A stretch of DNA of 64,000 nucleotides from a virus, in the IMG/VR virus record IMGVR_UViG_3300043449_002688, positions 1 to 64,000 of that record; one strand, given 5' to 3'. Below the pieces are notes generated by a model. The model saw nothing but the letters and a program-made list of their open reading frames with translations. It was not told the origin of the DNA and made no database searches. Positions within the stretch are counted from its first letter, which is position 1, and every line of letters begins with the position of its first letter. Below, piece after piece: positions 38,379 to 48,090 of this stretch. A program made the position numbers and the translations under genes.

Positions 38379-38603
38379 ATGAAAGCTATGGTTTTAAAAA
38401 ATGATTTTTCTAAGCAATTACAAGATACAAATACAAGTATTTTAGATTTAACTAATCAAATTAAGGCTTTAGAAGTTAAGCGTGAACAATTAAAAGGCGC
38501 TGTATATGCTTTAGAAACTTTAATTAACCTTGAATCAGAGTCAGTTACAGAAAATGCAGAAAAAACAGAACCAACTAATTTTGAGCTAAAAAAAAAGAAA
38601 TAA
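38379..38603 (+). CDS. Small coiled-coil protein
   Basis: GAGGG RBS; heptad pattern. Confidence 0.65.
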   Translation: MKAMVLKNDFSKQLQDTNTSILDLTNQIKALEVKREQLKGAVYALETLINLESESVTENAEKTEPTNFELKKKK

Positions 38604-38622
38604 CCATTGAAGGAGATATTTT

Positions 38623-38934
38623 ATGGGAAGAAAAAAAGGAAGCTCTGCACCTAAAACACCATTTGAAAAATTGGTTGCAAAACTTAAAGAAGTCGATCCG
38701 TATTTTGTTGAATCAATCTATTCTTCCAAAGATGAAGATCTTAATTCAAAATTTGGCTCGCTTGCTAAGCAAATGACTGAAATTGAAAATGCCCGTGACA
38801 ATGACGACGATCTTAAGGCTAAAAAAGAAGAACTTAAGGTTTTAAATGAAACTTACACAGAACCGCTTAAAGCAATTAAAATGAAAAGAAAATTTATCTA
38901 TAAAGTTTTAGAAGAAAGAGGAAAAGTTCCATAA
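38623..38934 (+). CDS. Hypothetical helical protein
   Basis: AAGGAG RBS. Confidence 0.7.
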   Translation: MGRKKGSSAPKTPFEKLVAKLKEVDPYFVESIYSSKDEDLNSKFGSLAKQMTEIENARDNDDDLKAKKEELKVLNETYTEPLKAIKMKRKFIYKVLEERGKVP

Positions 38935-39513
38935 GTGAAAATACTTGGCTTAGACGTTAGCACTAAAACAGGGTACGCCGTTATGGAAAGCGACGTACTC
39001 ATAGAATATGGACTTCTTAAGTCAGATGCAATTGTATCTGACGAATTAGAAGACTTTTTAATGCTAAAAAGAGCTGAAATTGCATCAAATAAAATTTTAC
39101 AGCTTATTGAAAAACATAAGCCTGATTTTATTTTTTGCGAACAAACAAATGCTGGAAAGTTTCGCGGAAGTCAAAAACAATTAGAATTCATTCATTGCAA
39201 ACTTTTAACAGAAATATTAAACATTAAAATGTCAAAAAAATTTTTTTATGTAGATACATCAAAATGGAGATCAAAATTAGGCGTAAAACTTTCTAAGGAA
39301 CAAAAGAAACATAATAAAAATGTTAAAATTGGAACTTCTAAAGGAAAGATTACACCTAAACATCTTGTTGTTTCTTGGGTAAATGAAAAGTTTAATTTAA
39401 AAATGTTAAAAAAAGATCACGATATTTGCGATGCAATAGCTATTTGCGTTTTTGGTAAACAGGCTACGACTTCAGTTCAAAAATATGACCTAGATAATAT
39501 ACTTAAAAATTAA
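38935..39513 (+). CDS. RuvC-like Holliday junction resolvase
   Basis: ILGLDVS..TGYA, PDFIFCE, HDICDAIAI. Confidence 0.85.
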   Translation: MKILGLDVSTKTGYAVMESDVLIEYGLLKSDAIVSDELEDFLMLKRAEIASNKILQLIEKHKPDFIFCEQTNAGKFRGSQKQLEFIHCKLLTEILNIKMSKKFFYVDTSKWRSKLGVKLSKEQKKHNKNVKIGTSKGKITPKHLVVSWVNEKFNLKMLKKDHDICDAIAICVFGKQATTSVQKYDLDNILKN

Positions 39514-39531
39514 ATAACAGCAGGAGTTCTT

Positions 39532-40494
39532 ATGGCTTTGTTAGACACCAGAGAAGTTTATAAGCCTTTTAAGTATCCTCAATTTGAGGAAATTCATAGA
39601 AAATTATATACAAGTTTTTGGCATCCAGATGAAATCTCTCTTAGCGAAGATTTAACGGATTTTAACTTTAAACTTACGGATAACGAAAAAGAGATCGTTT
39701 CTCGTATTTTAAAAAACTTTGTTCAATCTGAAATCCATGTAGGATGTTTTTGGGGAGACTTTGTGTCTTCTTGGTTTAAGCATCCAGAAATTCAAAACAC
39801 ATCTAGATACATTTCTGGTAACGAAACTATACATGCAGTTGCTTATGATTTACTAAACGCGACTCTTGGACTAGAAGAATACGATAAGCTTAAACAAGAT
39901 AAAAAGCTTTATGCCAGAATTGAAATGCTTTCTAAGAAAAAAGCTAAAACTAAAGAAGATATATTAAAACAAATATTTACAATGTCAGTAATGGGAGAAG
40001 GGGTTTGTTTATTTTCTTCTTTTATTACACTGTTTGCTTTTACAAAAAAGAACATTTTAAGAGGATTAGGCCAAATTATTAGCTGGAGCACTTTAGATGA
40101 GCAACTTCATTCTGAAGTAGGTGTTATTCTTTTTAATATTTTAAAAAAAGAATATGATTTATTTGATGAAAAAATGAAAGATGAGCTTTATAAGATAGCA
40201 GAAGAAATTGTAGAAATGGAAATGAGCCTTATTGATAGGGTTTTTGAAGATGCAACTACAGATGTTGTTTCAAAAGAAGCTATTAAAAATTATATTCACA
40301 ATAAAGCTAATAAACAGTTAAAAAAAGTTGGATTAAATAAAAAATTTAAAGTAGATAAAGAACTTTTGAAAGAAACAGATTTTTTTGATATTATGATTAA
40401 CGGAGAATCTGTAGTAGACTTTTTTGCCAATAGAGAAACTAATTACTCTAAAGGTCTTTTAATTTTTGATGATAAGATTTGGAGTAACAAATGA
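39532..40494 (+). CDS. nrdB: Ribonucleotide reductase beta subunit, class Id / NrdBi-like
   Basis: YKPFKYP, FWHPDEI, QSE ligand, ETIH..AY, EGVCLF, DEQLH, DFFANR..Y. Confidence 0.92.
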   Translation: MALLDTREVYKPFKYPQFEEIHRKLYTSFWHPDEISLSEDLTDFNFKLTDNEKEIVSRILKNFVQSEIHVGCFWGDFVSSWFKHPEIQNTSRYISGNETIHAVAYDLLNATLGLEEYDKLKQDKKLYARIEMLSKKKAKTKEDILKQIFTMSVMGEGVCLFSSFITLFAFTKKNILRGLGQIISWSTLDEQLHSEVGVILFNILKKEYDLFDEKMKDELYKIAEEIVEMEMSLIDRVFEDATTDVVSKEAIKNYIHNKANKQLKKVGLNKKFKVDKELLKETDFFDIMINGESVVDFFANRETNYSKGLLIFDDKIWSNK

Positions 40495-42221
40495 CAGTTT
40501 TAGAAATCTTAAAACAAAAAGATGAAGCACCAGAATGGTTAACAGAAGAATCATTAAAAATGCTTGAAGGCGGATACCTACAAAAAGGTGAAACTCCTAA
40601 AGATGCATACAAAAGGGTTTCTAAAGTTATATCTTCAGATCTTAATAAGCCAGAACTTGAATCTGTTTTTTTTGAAATGATTTGGAAAAATTGGCTTTGC
40701 CCTGCTTCTCCAGTGTTAGCCAATTCAGGAACAAAAAACCTACAAATTTCTTGTTTTTCTGGAACCCCATTAGACGACACATATGACATCATGAGACACA
40801 TCCAGGAAATGGTTATGTTAACAAAATACGGCGGTGGAGTTGGCAGCTCATTTTTGTCTCTTAGACCAAAAGGAAGCGCAATTTCTAGGGGCGGATATAG
40901 CGACGGAATTGTTCCTTTTTTAAAAACATTAGAGTCTGCCATAGACGGAACTAGACAAGGAGCTACTAGACGCGGTGCCGTTGCTTCATATTTACCTTTA
41001 AACCATGGTGATATTGAAGAATTTTTAGATATTCGCAAGCCTACGGGAGATTTAAACCGAAGGTGCTTAACAAAATCCTTTCATAACGCTGTTATAATTG
41101 ATAATGAAACAATGGAAAGAATTAATAACGAAAATGGGAAAGAACGTGCTCTTTGGAATAAATTGATGACCAACAGGGTTGAAACTGGTGAACCATATGT
41201 AATGTTTACAGACAATTCAAATACAAATTGTCCAAATGTTTACAGAAACCGAATTACTCAAAGTAATCTTTGCTCAGAAATTATGGCCCCTGTTACCGAA
41301 AAAGAAACCTTTGTCTGTTGTTTATCTTCTATTAACGCAGCAAAATATAATGAATGGAAAAATTGGAAATGTCAAAAAACAGGCAAAACTTTTATTGAAC
41401 TTTGTATCTATTTTTTAGATGGGGTTTTAACTGGGTTTATTAAAAGTGCCTCTCAGCTTCCAGGATTAGAAAATGCCGTAAGATTTGCTGAAAATCATAG
41501 ACTTTTAGGATTAGGCGTTTTAGGCTGGCATACTTTATTGCAAGCTGAAAATATCGCTTTTGAAAGTTTTGAAGCAATGACTTTAAATGCAAGCTTTTTC
41601 CAAAGCATGAGAAAACTTGCCGATAAAGCTAGTATAGACTTAGCTAAAGAATATGGCGAATGTAAAGAAACGGCAGGCACTGGAAGAAGAAATACAGCTA
41701 CCCTAGCTATTGCCCCTACCATGTCAAATTCTGTGCTTTCTGGCGGGGTTTCGCAAGGAATTGAGCCTATTACAGCCAATCTTTTTGTTCAAAAAGGAGC
41801 TAAAGGTAATTTTATTAAAAAGAATCCTGCTTTATTAGCTAAACTACTAGAGCTTGGAAAAGATACATCAGAAGTATGGGAACAAATTAATCAAGACAGA
41901 GGATCTGTAAAAAATTTAAAATTTTTGTCTCAAACTGAGAAAGAAGTTTTTGCTACAGCAAGAGAAATTAATCAATATGCAATTATTAGGCAGGCTGCTC
42001 AAAGACAAAAATGGATAGATCAGGCTCAAAGTATTAATTTGTTTTTTAGCCTGCCTCAGTCTAAAAATGATATAGTAAAAGCAGCCAAATACATTAATGA
42101 AGTTCATATAGAAGCTTGGAAATCTGGCATTAAAAGCCTATATTACCTTAAAACAGAAAGCCCAATTAAAGGCGAAAGCGTTTATAAAGAAGCTAGCGAA
42201 TGTAAAGCTTGTGAGGCTTAA
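40491..42221 (+). CDS. nrdA: Ribonucleotide reductase alpha subunit without ATP cone
   Basis: ISCF, QGATRRG, SNLCSEI, AIAPT, DQAQS, KSLYY, C-terminal CKACEA. Confidence 0.95.
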   Translation: MTVLEILKQKDEAPEWLTEESLKMLEGGYLQKGETPKDAYKRVSKVISSDLNKPELESVFFEMIWKNWLCPASPVLANSGTKNLQISCFSGTPLDDTYDIMRHIQEMVMLTKYGGGVGSSFLSLRPKGSAISRGGYSDGIVPFLKTLESAIDGTRQGATRRGAVASYLPLNHGDIEEFLDIRKPTGDLNRRCLTKSFHNAVIIDNETMERINNENGKERALWNKLMTNRVETGEPYVMFTDNSNTNCPNVYRNRITQSNLCSEIMAPVTEKETFVCCLSSINAAKYNEWKNWKCQKTGKTFIELCIYFLDGVLTGFIKSASQLPGLENAVRFAENHRLLGLGVLGWHTLLQAENIAFESFEAMTLNASFFQSMRKLADKASIDLAKEYGECKETAGTGRRNTATLAIAPTMSNSVLSGGVSQGIEPITANLFVQKGAKGNFIKKNPALLAKLLELGKDTSEVWEQINQDRGSVKNLKFLSQTEKEVFATAREINQYAIIRQAAQRQKWIDQAQSINLFFSLPQSKNDIVKAAKYINEVHIEAWKSGIKSLYYLKTESPIKGESVYKEASECKACEA

Positions 42222-42264
42222 AAAGATATTTTACAATTTAAAATAATAATGCTAAGGTAGTATT

Positions 42265-43095
42265 ATGAATAATCTAAATAATAATTTTTTAGAAAACGAA
42301 GATTTAGAAAACGATGAAATTTACGAAGAAATCGTAGAAGAATTTCTTGAGGAAGAGCAAGAAGAAAATGAAATTCTTTCTGAAGCAGAAAAACGTATTG
42401 AGCAAGCCAATTTATATCAAGCTTTATTAAAACATGATCTTTTTGCTCCAGGTTCAGCTCGTCAAGAGATTATTGATTCAGTTAGGAAAGAATTTAAAAC
42501 TTTTATTCTTTCTAGATTAGAAACATTACTTGGCATTAAGCAAGAAAACCTAAAATTAGAAGCACCTCAAGTGCAAAATATTTTTTCAGACGAAGAAGTA
42601 TCTGCATTAAAAGCCATTGCCTCTAGGTTAGCTAAAAAAGAATCATCAGCTTCACCTTCTCCTATTATTAATCCAATTCAGAATCAACAACAGCCTGTTG
42701 TTCATCAAAAGCCTATTATTAACACCATAAACGGCAATCAAATGCCAGTTGCTGAAAAAACTACAAAAAAAATAGTAAAAAAGACTATTATTCATAAGAA
42801 AAAGGCAGATGACCACGCTACCGATTCCTTAAGATATGAACATGCTCCTGTAGCAAAAAAGACAAAAAAACGTCAAACTCAAAATATTTCTTCAGTTACA
42901 GGAGAAGATTATAGCCAAGCCGTAGTAGAAGACAATGAAGCTTTAAGACCTAGAGGAATGCCAAGCCAAGCAGAAATGGATGCCATTAATGCAAGGCAGG
43001 CGGAGATGAATTCTAGGTCAGCGTCTCCAGTTAACGGAGAAGCCGGTACAGCGGGACTTGGAGCAAAAATTGCTGCCGCTTTAATGAAATCTTAA
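42265..43095 (+). CDS. Hypothetical protein with an acidic N-terminus and low-complexity tail
   Basis: ORF; contains DDHATDSLRY. Confidence 0.65.
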   Translation: MNNLNNNFLENEDLENDEIYEEIVEEFLEEEQEENEILSEAEKRIEQANLYQALLKHDLFAPGSARQEIIDSVRKEFKTFILSRLETLLGIKQENLKLEAPQVQNIFSDEEVSALKAIASRLAKKESSASPSPIINPIQNQQQPVVHQKPIINTINGNQMPVAEKTTKKIVKKTIIHKKKADDHATDSLRYEHAPVAKKTKKRQTQNISSVTGEDYSQAVVEDNEALRPRGMPSQAEMDAINARQAEMNSRSASPVNGEAGTAGLGAKIAAALMKS

Positions 43096-43118
43096 TTTAA
43101 ATTAAAAAAGGAGATTAT

Positions 43119-43739
43119 ATGAATACTTTAGACAAAGTTTTAACACTGGAAACAAAAGTTACAGATATGCAATCTGCATTAGGAAATTTTCAAGTACAAG
43201 CTCAACAAGTTATTCAAATTTTAAATGCTAATATGCAAAAACAAGATTTAGTAGTTAACAGGCTTATGTCTATTGAACAAAGTTTTGCTGCTATGGCAAA
43301 AACTATGAATGCTATTGTACAAGAGTTAGAAGAAACTAAAGTTTTAAATTCCTCAAGCGTTATGAAACGAATTCGAACAATGGACGAAAGTGCAGAAAAA
43401 GCGCGAGTTAGTGCAATGCTTGAGCATAAAGCTATTCAAAAGGCTGAAGTTATTACTGAAAACTCTATGCTAGTAACTTCTCAAATAATTAAAAAACAAG
43501 ATGGTCAAACAGAGGTCGTTGCCGAATATCGAGTTTTTGAGCTTTCTTCGCCAATGCATGATAAAGAAGTCGTACAAAAATTTATCGGCAAATCAGTTGG
43601 TGATGTTGTAGAAATTACAACAAGTGATGCAACCCTTTGTACTACAATACTTGAAGCATACGATCATGTTCAAATGAGTAATCAAGAGCAGTTTTTTGAT
43701 GAAAATAATACTATTGAAACCGAAACTTCAGTAGGGTAA
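43119..43739 (+). CDS. Coiled-coil protein with a C-terminal FKBP/GreA-C-like domain
   Basis: FELSSP...KFIGKSVGDVVEI. Confidence 0.45.
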   Translation: MNTLDKVLTLETKVTDMQSALGNFQVQAQQVIQILNANMQKQDLVVNRLMSIEQSFAAMAKTMNAIVQELEETKVLNSSSVMKRIRTMDESAEKARVSAMLEHKAIQKAEVITENSMLVTSQIIKKQDGQTEVVAEYRVFELSSPMHDKEVVQKFIGKSVGDVVEITTSDATLCTTILEAYDHVQMSNQEQFFDENNTIETETSVG

Positions 43740-43773
43740 TCTTAATCTATTACCTATAGTTAAGGGGTTTAAA

Positions 43774-45063
43774 ATGGCTTCAAAAAAAGAATCAAATAGT
43801 AAAGAAAAGGCGCTTGAAGGAAAATCTCTTATAAGTGCAATTGCAAAAGACATAAAATCTATTGCAAATCAAGCTGAGATTGACCCAGCTTTACTATCTT
43901 TGCCCAAATATTATGAATTTGGTGGAGGATTTAAAGAATGGCAAATGAGAAAAGTTGGCGGATATAATGCTATTAAGAAAACTTTTTTTGAAAAAGATTT
44001 AGAAAAAGATCGTGCAGCAATTGGAGAACTGAAAGATTTAAGGAAAAGATATCTTCAAGTAGAAAAAAGCCTTGAAGAAAGAGAACTTTTTCTTGAAAAA
44101 CTTAAAGAATCCGTACTTAATATTGCCCCTGTTAAACTTAAGCCGTTTCAATATGGATTAAAAAAGAAAAAGAAAACAAGCAGAGTAGTTAATGCCTTAC
44201 TTTCTGATCTTCATTTTGGCTCAGATCTTGATGAAAGGGAAACTGGGCATAAATGGGGCAAGGTAGAAGAATCAAGATGTTTTGCTAAAGTAGTAAAAAA
44301 CATTTGTAATTACAAAATGCAATATCGCCCAGAAACAAAACTAATAGTATCTATTCTTGGTGATATAATCGAAAACTCTTTACATGGAGTGTCTAGCTCA
44401 GCTCCACTTCATGAACAAGCTTGCAGAGCTATTCATTTGCTATCTCAAGGAATCGCTAGATTTTCAGAAGCATATCCAGAAGTAGAAGTTTATTTTGCTG
44501 TTGGCAATCATGGAAGAGATGTAGGTATCCATCATGGAAGAGCAACTTCTCAAAAATGGAATGCAATTGAATCAACAATTTATTATGCTGTTAAAACTGC
44601 TTGCCGACACCTTACAAACGTAAAATTTACTCAACCATTAACTCCTTGGGTTGTATATGAAGCTTGCGGACATAAGGTATATAATACCCACGGCGATACA
44701 AATTTTAATATTGGCAATCCAGGAAGTTCTGTAAACATTAAAGCAATTGAAGGTGCTGTTAATCGCTTAAATTCATCATTGAAAGATGACGAAAAGTATG
44801 CCGTAGTAGGAATAGGCCACGTCCATCTTTCTTTAAGCACACAGCTTCCAAATGGAACTTTTGTTATCATGAACGGAGCGCTAGTCCCGCCTAATTCTTA
44901 TGCACAAACATTTGGCATCATGAAATCTCCACAAAATCAAGTTATGTGGGAAACTACAGAAGAATTTGCAGTAGGAGATCAAAGGTTCGTTAACGCTAAT
45001 GGAGCAGAAAAAGATGCTACTTTAGATGAGTTTATTCGACCTTTTGAAACAATCGAAAAATAA
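43774..45063 (+). CDS. Calcineurin-like metallophosphoesterase
   Basis: SDLH, GDIIE, GNH, HGD, GHVH. Confidence 0.85.
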   Translation: MASKKESNSKEKALEGKSLISAIAKDIKSIANQAEIDPALLSLPKYYEFGGGFKEWQMRKVGGYNAIKKTFFEKDLEKDRAAIGELKDLRKRYLQVEKSLEERELFLEKLKESVLNIAPVKLKPFQYGLKKKKKTSRVVNALLSDLHFGSDLDERETGHKWGKVEESRCFAKVVKNICNYKMQYRPETKLIVSILGDIIENSLHGVSSSAPLHEQACRAIHLLSQGIARFSEAYPEVEVYFAVGNHGRDVGIHHGRATSQKWNAIESTIYYAVKTACRHLTNVKFTQPLTPWVVYEACGHKVYNTHGDTNFNIGNPGSSVNIKAIEGAVNRLNSSLKDDEKYAVVGIGHVHLSLSTQLPNGTFVIMNGALVPPNSYAQTFGIMKSPQNQVMWETTEEFAVGDQRFVNANGAEKDATLDEFIRPFETIEK

Positions 45064-45074
45064 CCGAGGTTTTA

Positions 45075-45404
45075 GTGGCAAAATCTAACGGCGATAGAGC
45101 AGACGGATCAGACAAGCTTAGAGTTGCAAAAAAAAGAATTGAATCTTTAAAAAGAGAAGTAGACAAGTTAAGAAAAGAATTAAATAAAGCTAGACAATTT
45201 GTTGAAGAAGCTAAAAATGTTTTAGAAGAAAAACAAATAGAATACGACGAAACGCCCAGAAAGAAAAAAAAGGAGATCTATGGCTGCGACAATTGCGGCA
45301 AAGGTGAATATGAAACCTTTAGTCTTACAGTTGCCGGAGTCGTAAAATTTTATCATACTTGCAGTTTATGCGGAAGTAGAAAAGTTGAGATTAAGAAAGA
45401 ATGA
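45075..45404 (+). CDS. Coiled-coil plus zinc-ribbon protein
   Basis: CDNC...CSLC. Confidence 0.65.
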   Translation: MAKSNGDRADGSDKLRVAKKRIESLKREVDKLRKELNKARQFVEEAKNVLEEKQIEYDETPRKKKKEIYGCDNCGKGEYETFSLTVAGVVKFYHTCSLCGSRKVEIKKE

Positions 45405-45781
45405 AACTATGGTTTGCTTCAAATGAAAACATACATACAATTGAAGTTGTCTTTCAAATAGAAACAACAAAGGCAGATTTACAGCATGTTCAATATGAAG
45501 CAAATAAAGCTGTTGAAAAACAAAAATCTATTACTGCTGCAATTCAAGTTTTAAAAAGAAATTTAAAATTTTTAAAAACCGAAGCAGAAATAGTAAGTAT
45601 TAATCAGTATAAAAAAACCATATATCAACTTTCTGGCCTTTATCAAGAACAACTTAGTATTTTGTATGATATCTCGGAATATAAAAAAGAAATTAATTTT
45701 TTGTTAGAAAAAATTCAAATGCTAGAATTTAAAAAAGAACAGGTTAAATTCAGGCTTTTGGAGTTTAAAAAAAATGAATAA
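45401..45781 (+). CDS. Hypothetical coiled-coil protein
   Basis: ORF coupled to its neighbours. Confidence 0.6.
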   Translation: MKLWFASNENIHTIEVVFQIETTKADLQHVQYEANKAVEKQKSITAAIQVLKRNLKFLKTEAEIVSINQYKKTIYQLSGLYQEQLSILYDISEYKKEINFLLEKIQMLEFKKEQVKFRLLEFKKNE

Positions 45782-46001
45782 AATTGAACTTATTGAAAAA
45801 ATCAAAAATGATGACGATTTTATTAATTTGTTAAAATATAACAACAGTTTAAAAAACCTATTATCTGAACATCCCACAGGAGTATCTGATTCAGTTATAT
45901 GCAAAGCGCTTTGTATATCTCAAGCCGAGCTTGACGAAGCCCTTAGATCTGCTATAATGAAATTCAAAGAAAGTGTTGGGATTACCGATGACGAAATTTA
46001 A
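45774..46001 (+). CDS. Small HTH protein, sigma region 4-like
   Basis: GVSDSVICKALCISQAELDEALRSAIMKFK. Confidence 0.5.
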   Translation: MNKIELIEKIKNDDDFINLLKYNNSLKNLLSEHPTGVSDSVICKALCISQAELDEALRSAIMKFKESVGITDDEI

Positions 46002-48090
46002 ACAGCTAATCAATCCTCATTCTCATTCAGATTACAGTTTAGACGGTGCAGCAACAGTTTCTCAAATAGTTGAAAGAAATAAACAACTTGGCGCTTCATA
46101 TGTAACCTTAACAGAACATGGAAACATGAATTCTGCTATGGAGTTATATAAGACAGCAAAGCAAAAAGGCATTACCCCCATTCTTGGGATGGAAGCTTAT
46201 CTAATCAACCCTTGGCACAATGAATATGTAGAAATTTATCGAAAAGCTATTTCTTCTGGAGTATTGCAAATAAGAGAAAAAAACCCAGAAGCTATTGAAA
46301 ATGCCATTCAAAAAAAGGCAATGAATCATTATTTACATATTACTGTCCATTTTAAGGACGCTTGGGCTTATCAATATTTTTGTAAAATTTCCCCAAAAAT
46401 GTGGTCTCGTTCTATTAAAAAATACAGCGAAGAAAAACCATTGATTACAATGGAAGAATTAGAAGCCGCCGCAGGCCATATTACTATTGGCTCTAGCTGT
46501 ATGAAGGGTCCAGTTCAATACTTTATGTTGCCATCAAAAGATGGACTGATCCCTCCTCAGCCAGAAAAATCAAAATACATGTATGAATGGCTGAAAAGAA
46601 TTGCAGGAAAAGAAAGTTTTTTCGTAGAAGTTTTTCCTCATCAAGTTACACATGAATGGCAAAAACCAGAAAAAGATTATTCTGGTCGAATCATTAAAGA
46701 AGGCTATTTTAAAGCCCACGAATGCACCTGTCATGCTCCAAACGGAGATTACCAAAAACCTCTTAATGAGTGGGTTATACATTTAGCAGAATCAAACAAG
46801 GATAAGGCCATTATTTCTTTAGATTCTCATTATGCGACAAAAAATCAAAAAGTTATCCAAGATGCAAGGCTTGGAAATGGCGATGAAAATTGGAGATTTT
46901 ATAATTATTATCACATAATGTCCACAGAAGAAGCCGCTGAAGTTTTAAGAAAAACGCTTGGCATTAATGATAGAAAAATTGAAGAATGGGTTGAAAACTC
47001 ATATGATTGGGCTTCAAATTTTGATTCTTTTAAGCTAGAAACTTCTGAAACACGATGGATTTTAGCTGGAGATTCAGACCGATTTATGAATAGGTTAAAA
47101 TCAACTATTGATAAATGGGGAAGGATGGATTGGTCAAATCAAGAAATGGTTGACCGACTTAAACATGAAATTCAAGTTTTAGCTCATAATAAAAAGCTTA
47201 ACCTTTTGGCTTACTTTGAAACGATAGAAGATGTTGCTAATTTTTGCAGAGAAAATGGCGTATTAATGAACGTTCGAGGCTCTGCAGGCGGGTCACTATT
47301 GCTTTATTTAATTGGGGTTAGCGGCATTAACCCAATGAAACATGACCTTTCTTTTGGACGATTTTTGACTGAAGGAAGAATTGAAGCAAATACTCTTCCT
47401 GATGTTGATATGGACGTTTCAGATCAAGAAAAAGTTATTGAATACTTAAAAAGTAAGTATGGAGATGGCATTTGCAGGCTCTCAACTGATTTATTGCTTC
47501 GAATTAAATCTTCAATTAAAGATGCAGAAAGATCTATATTAGGTAAGGTCAGAAAAGAAACTGAAGATCTTTGTAAAAAACTGCCCTCTACTCCACAAGG
47601 AACCGAAGATATTGCATTTATTTTTGGGTTTAATGACAAAAATACTGGCGAACATATTCCTGGCATTTTTGATAAAAATTTTGCATTACAAAAATATGCA
47701 GAGGATAATGCTGAGATTTGGAATGTAGTAAAAGAAATGCTTGGAATCCAACGCAATAAAAGTTCGCATGCTTGTTACGTTGGCGAAACCCTAATCTTAA
47801 TTTACGAAGACAACCAAGTAAAAGAAAAAAGGATAGATGCATGCGACGGAAAAACAGTATTTACAGGCCAAGGCTCGATAGCCAAAGCAAAATTAATAAA
47901 CCAGGGGAAGAAAAAAGTAAAAAAATACACACTAGAGAACGGAAAAACTTTAGTTGTAACTCCAGATCATTTGATGTTAACGAAAAAAGGCTGGATGACA
48001 ATAGAGCAAGTTTTTCAAGAGGGAGAGGGCCTAATATCACTATCGAAGACTGTAGACGGGCTGCTGAAGAAAGAAAAGGAAAGTGTTTAA
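45988..48090 (+). CDS. dnaE: DNA polymerase III alpha, N-terminal part, ending in the N-intein
   Basis: PHP motifs HSHSDYSLDG, TEHG, DSHY; RGSAGGS; PDVDMD; then SSHA|CYVGET. Confidence 0.95.
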   Translation: MTKFKQLINPHSHSDYSLDGAATVSQIVERNKQLGASYVTLTEHGNMNSAMELYKTAKQKGITPILGMEAYLINPWHNEYVEIYRKAISSGVLQIREKNPEAIENAIQKKAMNHYLHITVHFKDAWAYQYFCKISPKMWSRSIKKYSEEKPLITMEELEAAAGHITIGSSCMKGPVQYFMLPSKDGLIPPQPEKSKYMYEWLKRIAGKESFFVEVFPHQVTHEWQKPEKDYSGRIIKEGYFKAHECTCHAPNGDYQKPLNEWVIHLAESNKDKAIISLDSHYATKNQKVIQDARLGNGDENWRFYNYYHIMSTEEAAEVLRKTLGINDRKIEEWVENSYDWASNFDSFKLETSETRWILAGDSDRFMNRLKSTIDKWGRMDWSNQEMVDRLKHEIQVLAHNKKLNLLAYFETIEDVANFCRENGVLMNVRGSAGGSLLLYLIGVSGINPMKHDLSFGRFLTEGRIEANTLPDVDMDVSDQEKVIEYLKSKYGDGICRLSTDLLLRIKSSIKDAERSILGKVRKETEDLCKKLPSTPQGTEDIAFIFGFNDKNTGEHIPGIFDKNFALQKYAEDNAEIWNVVKEMLGIQRNKSSHACYVGETLILIYEDNQVKEKRIDACDGKTVFTGQGSIAKAKLINQGKKKVKKYTLENGKTLVVTPDHLMLTKKGWMTIEQVFQEGEGLISLSKTVDGLLKKEKESV
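47773..48087 (+). mobile_element. Split intein N-fragment, 105 aa
   Basis: Cys1 (CYVGETLI), block B VTPDHLMLTKKGW, followed by a stop codon. Confidence 0.9.

Noticed and set aside
40448-41038. 196-aa antisense ORF, and similar shadow ORFs such as 19604-19954, 25325-25729 and 27132-27578
   Set aside because: They lie opposite well-supported genes and show no recognisable motifs
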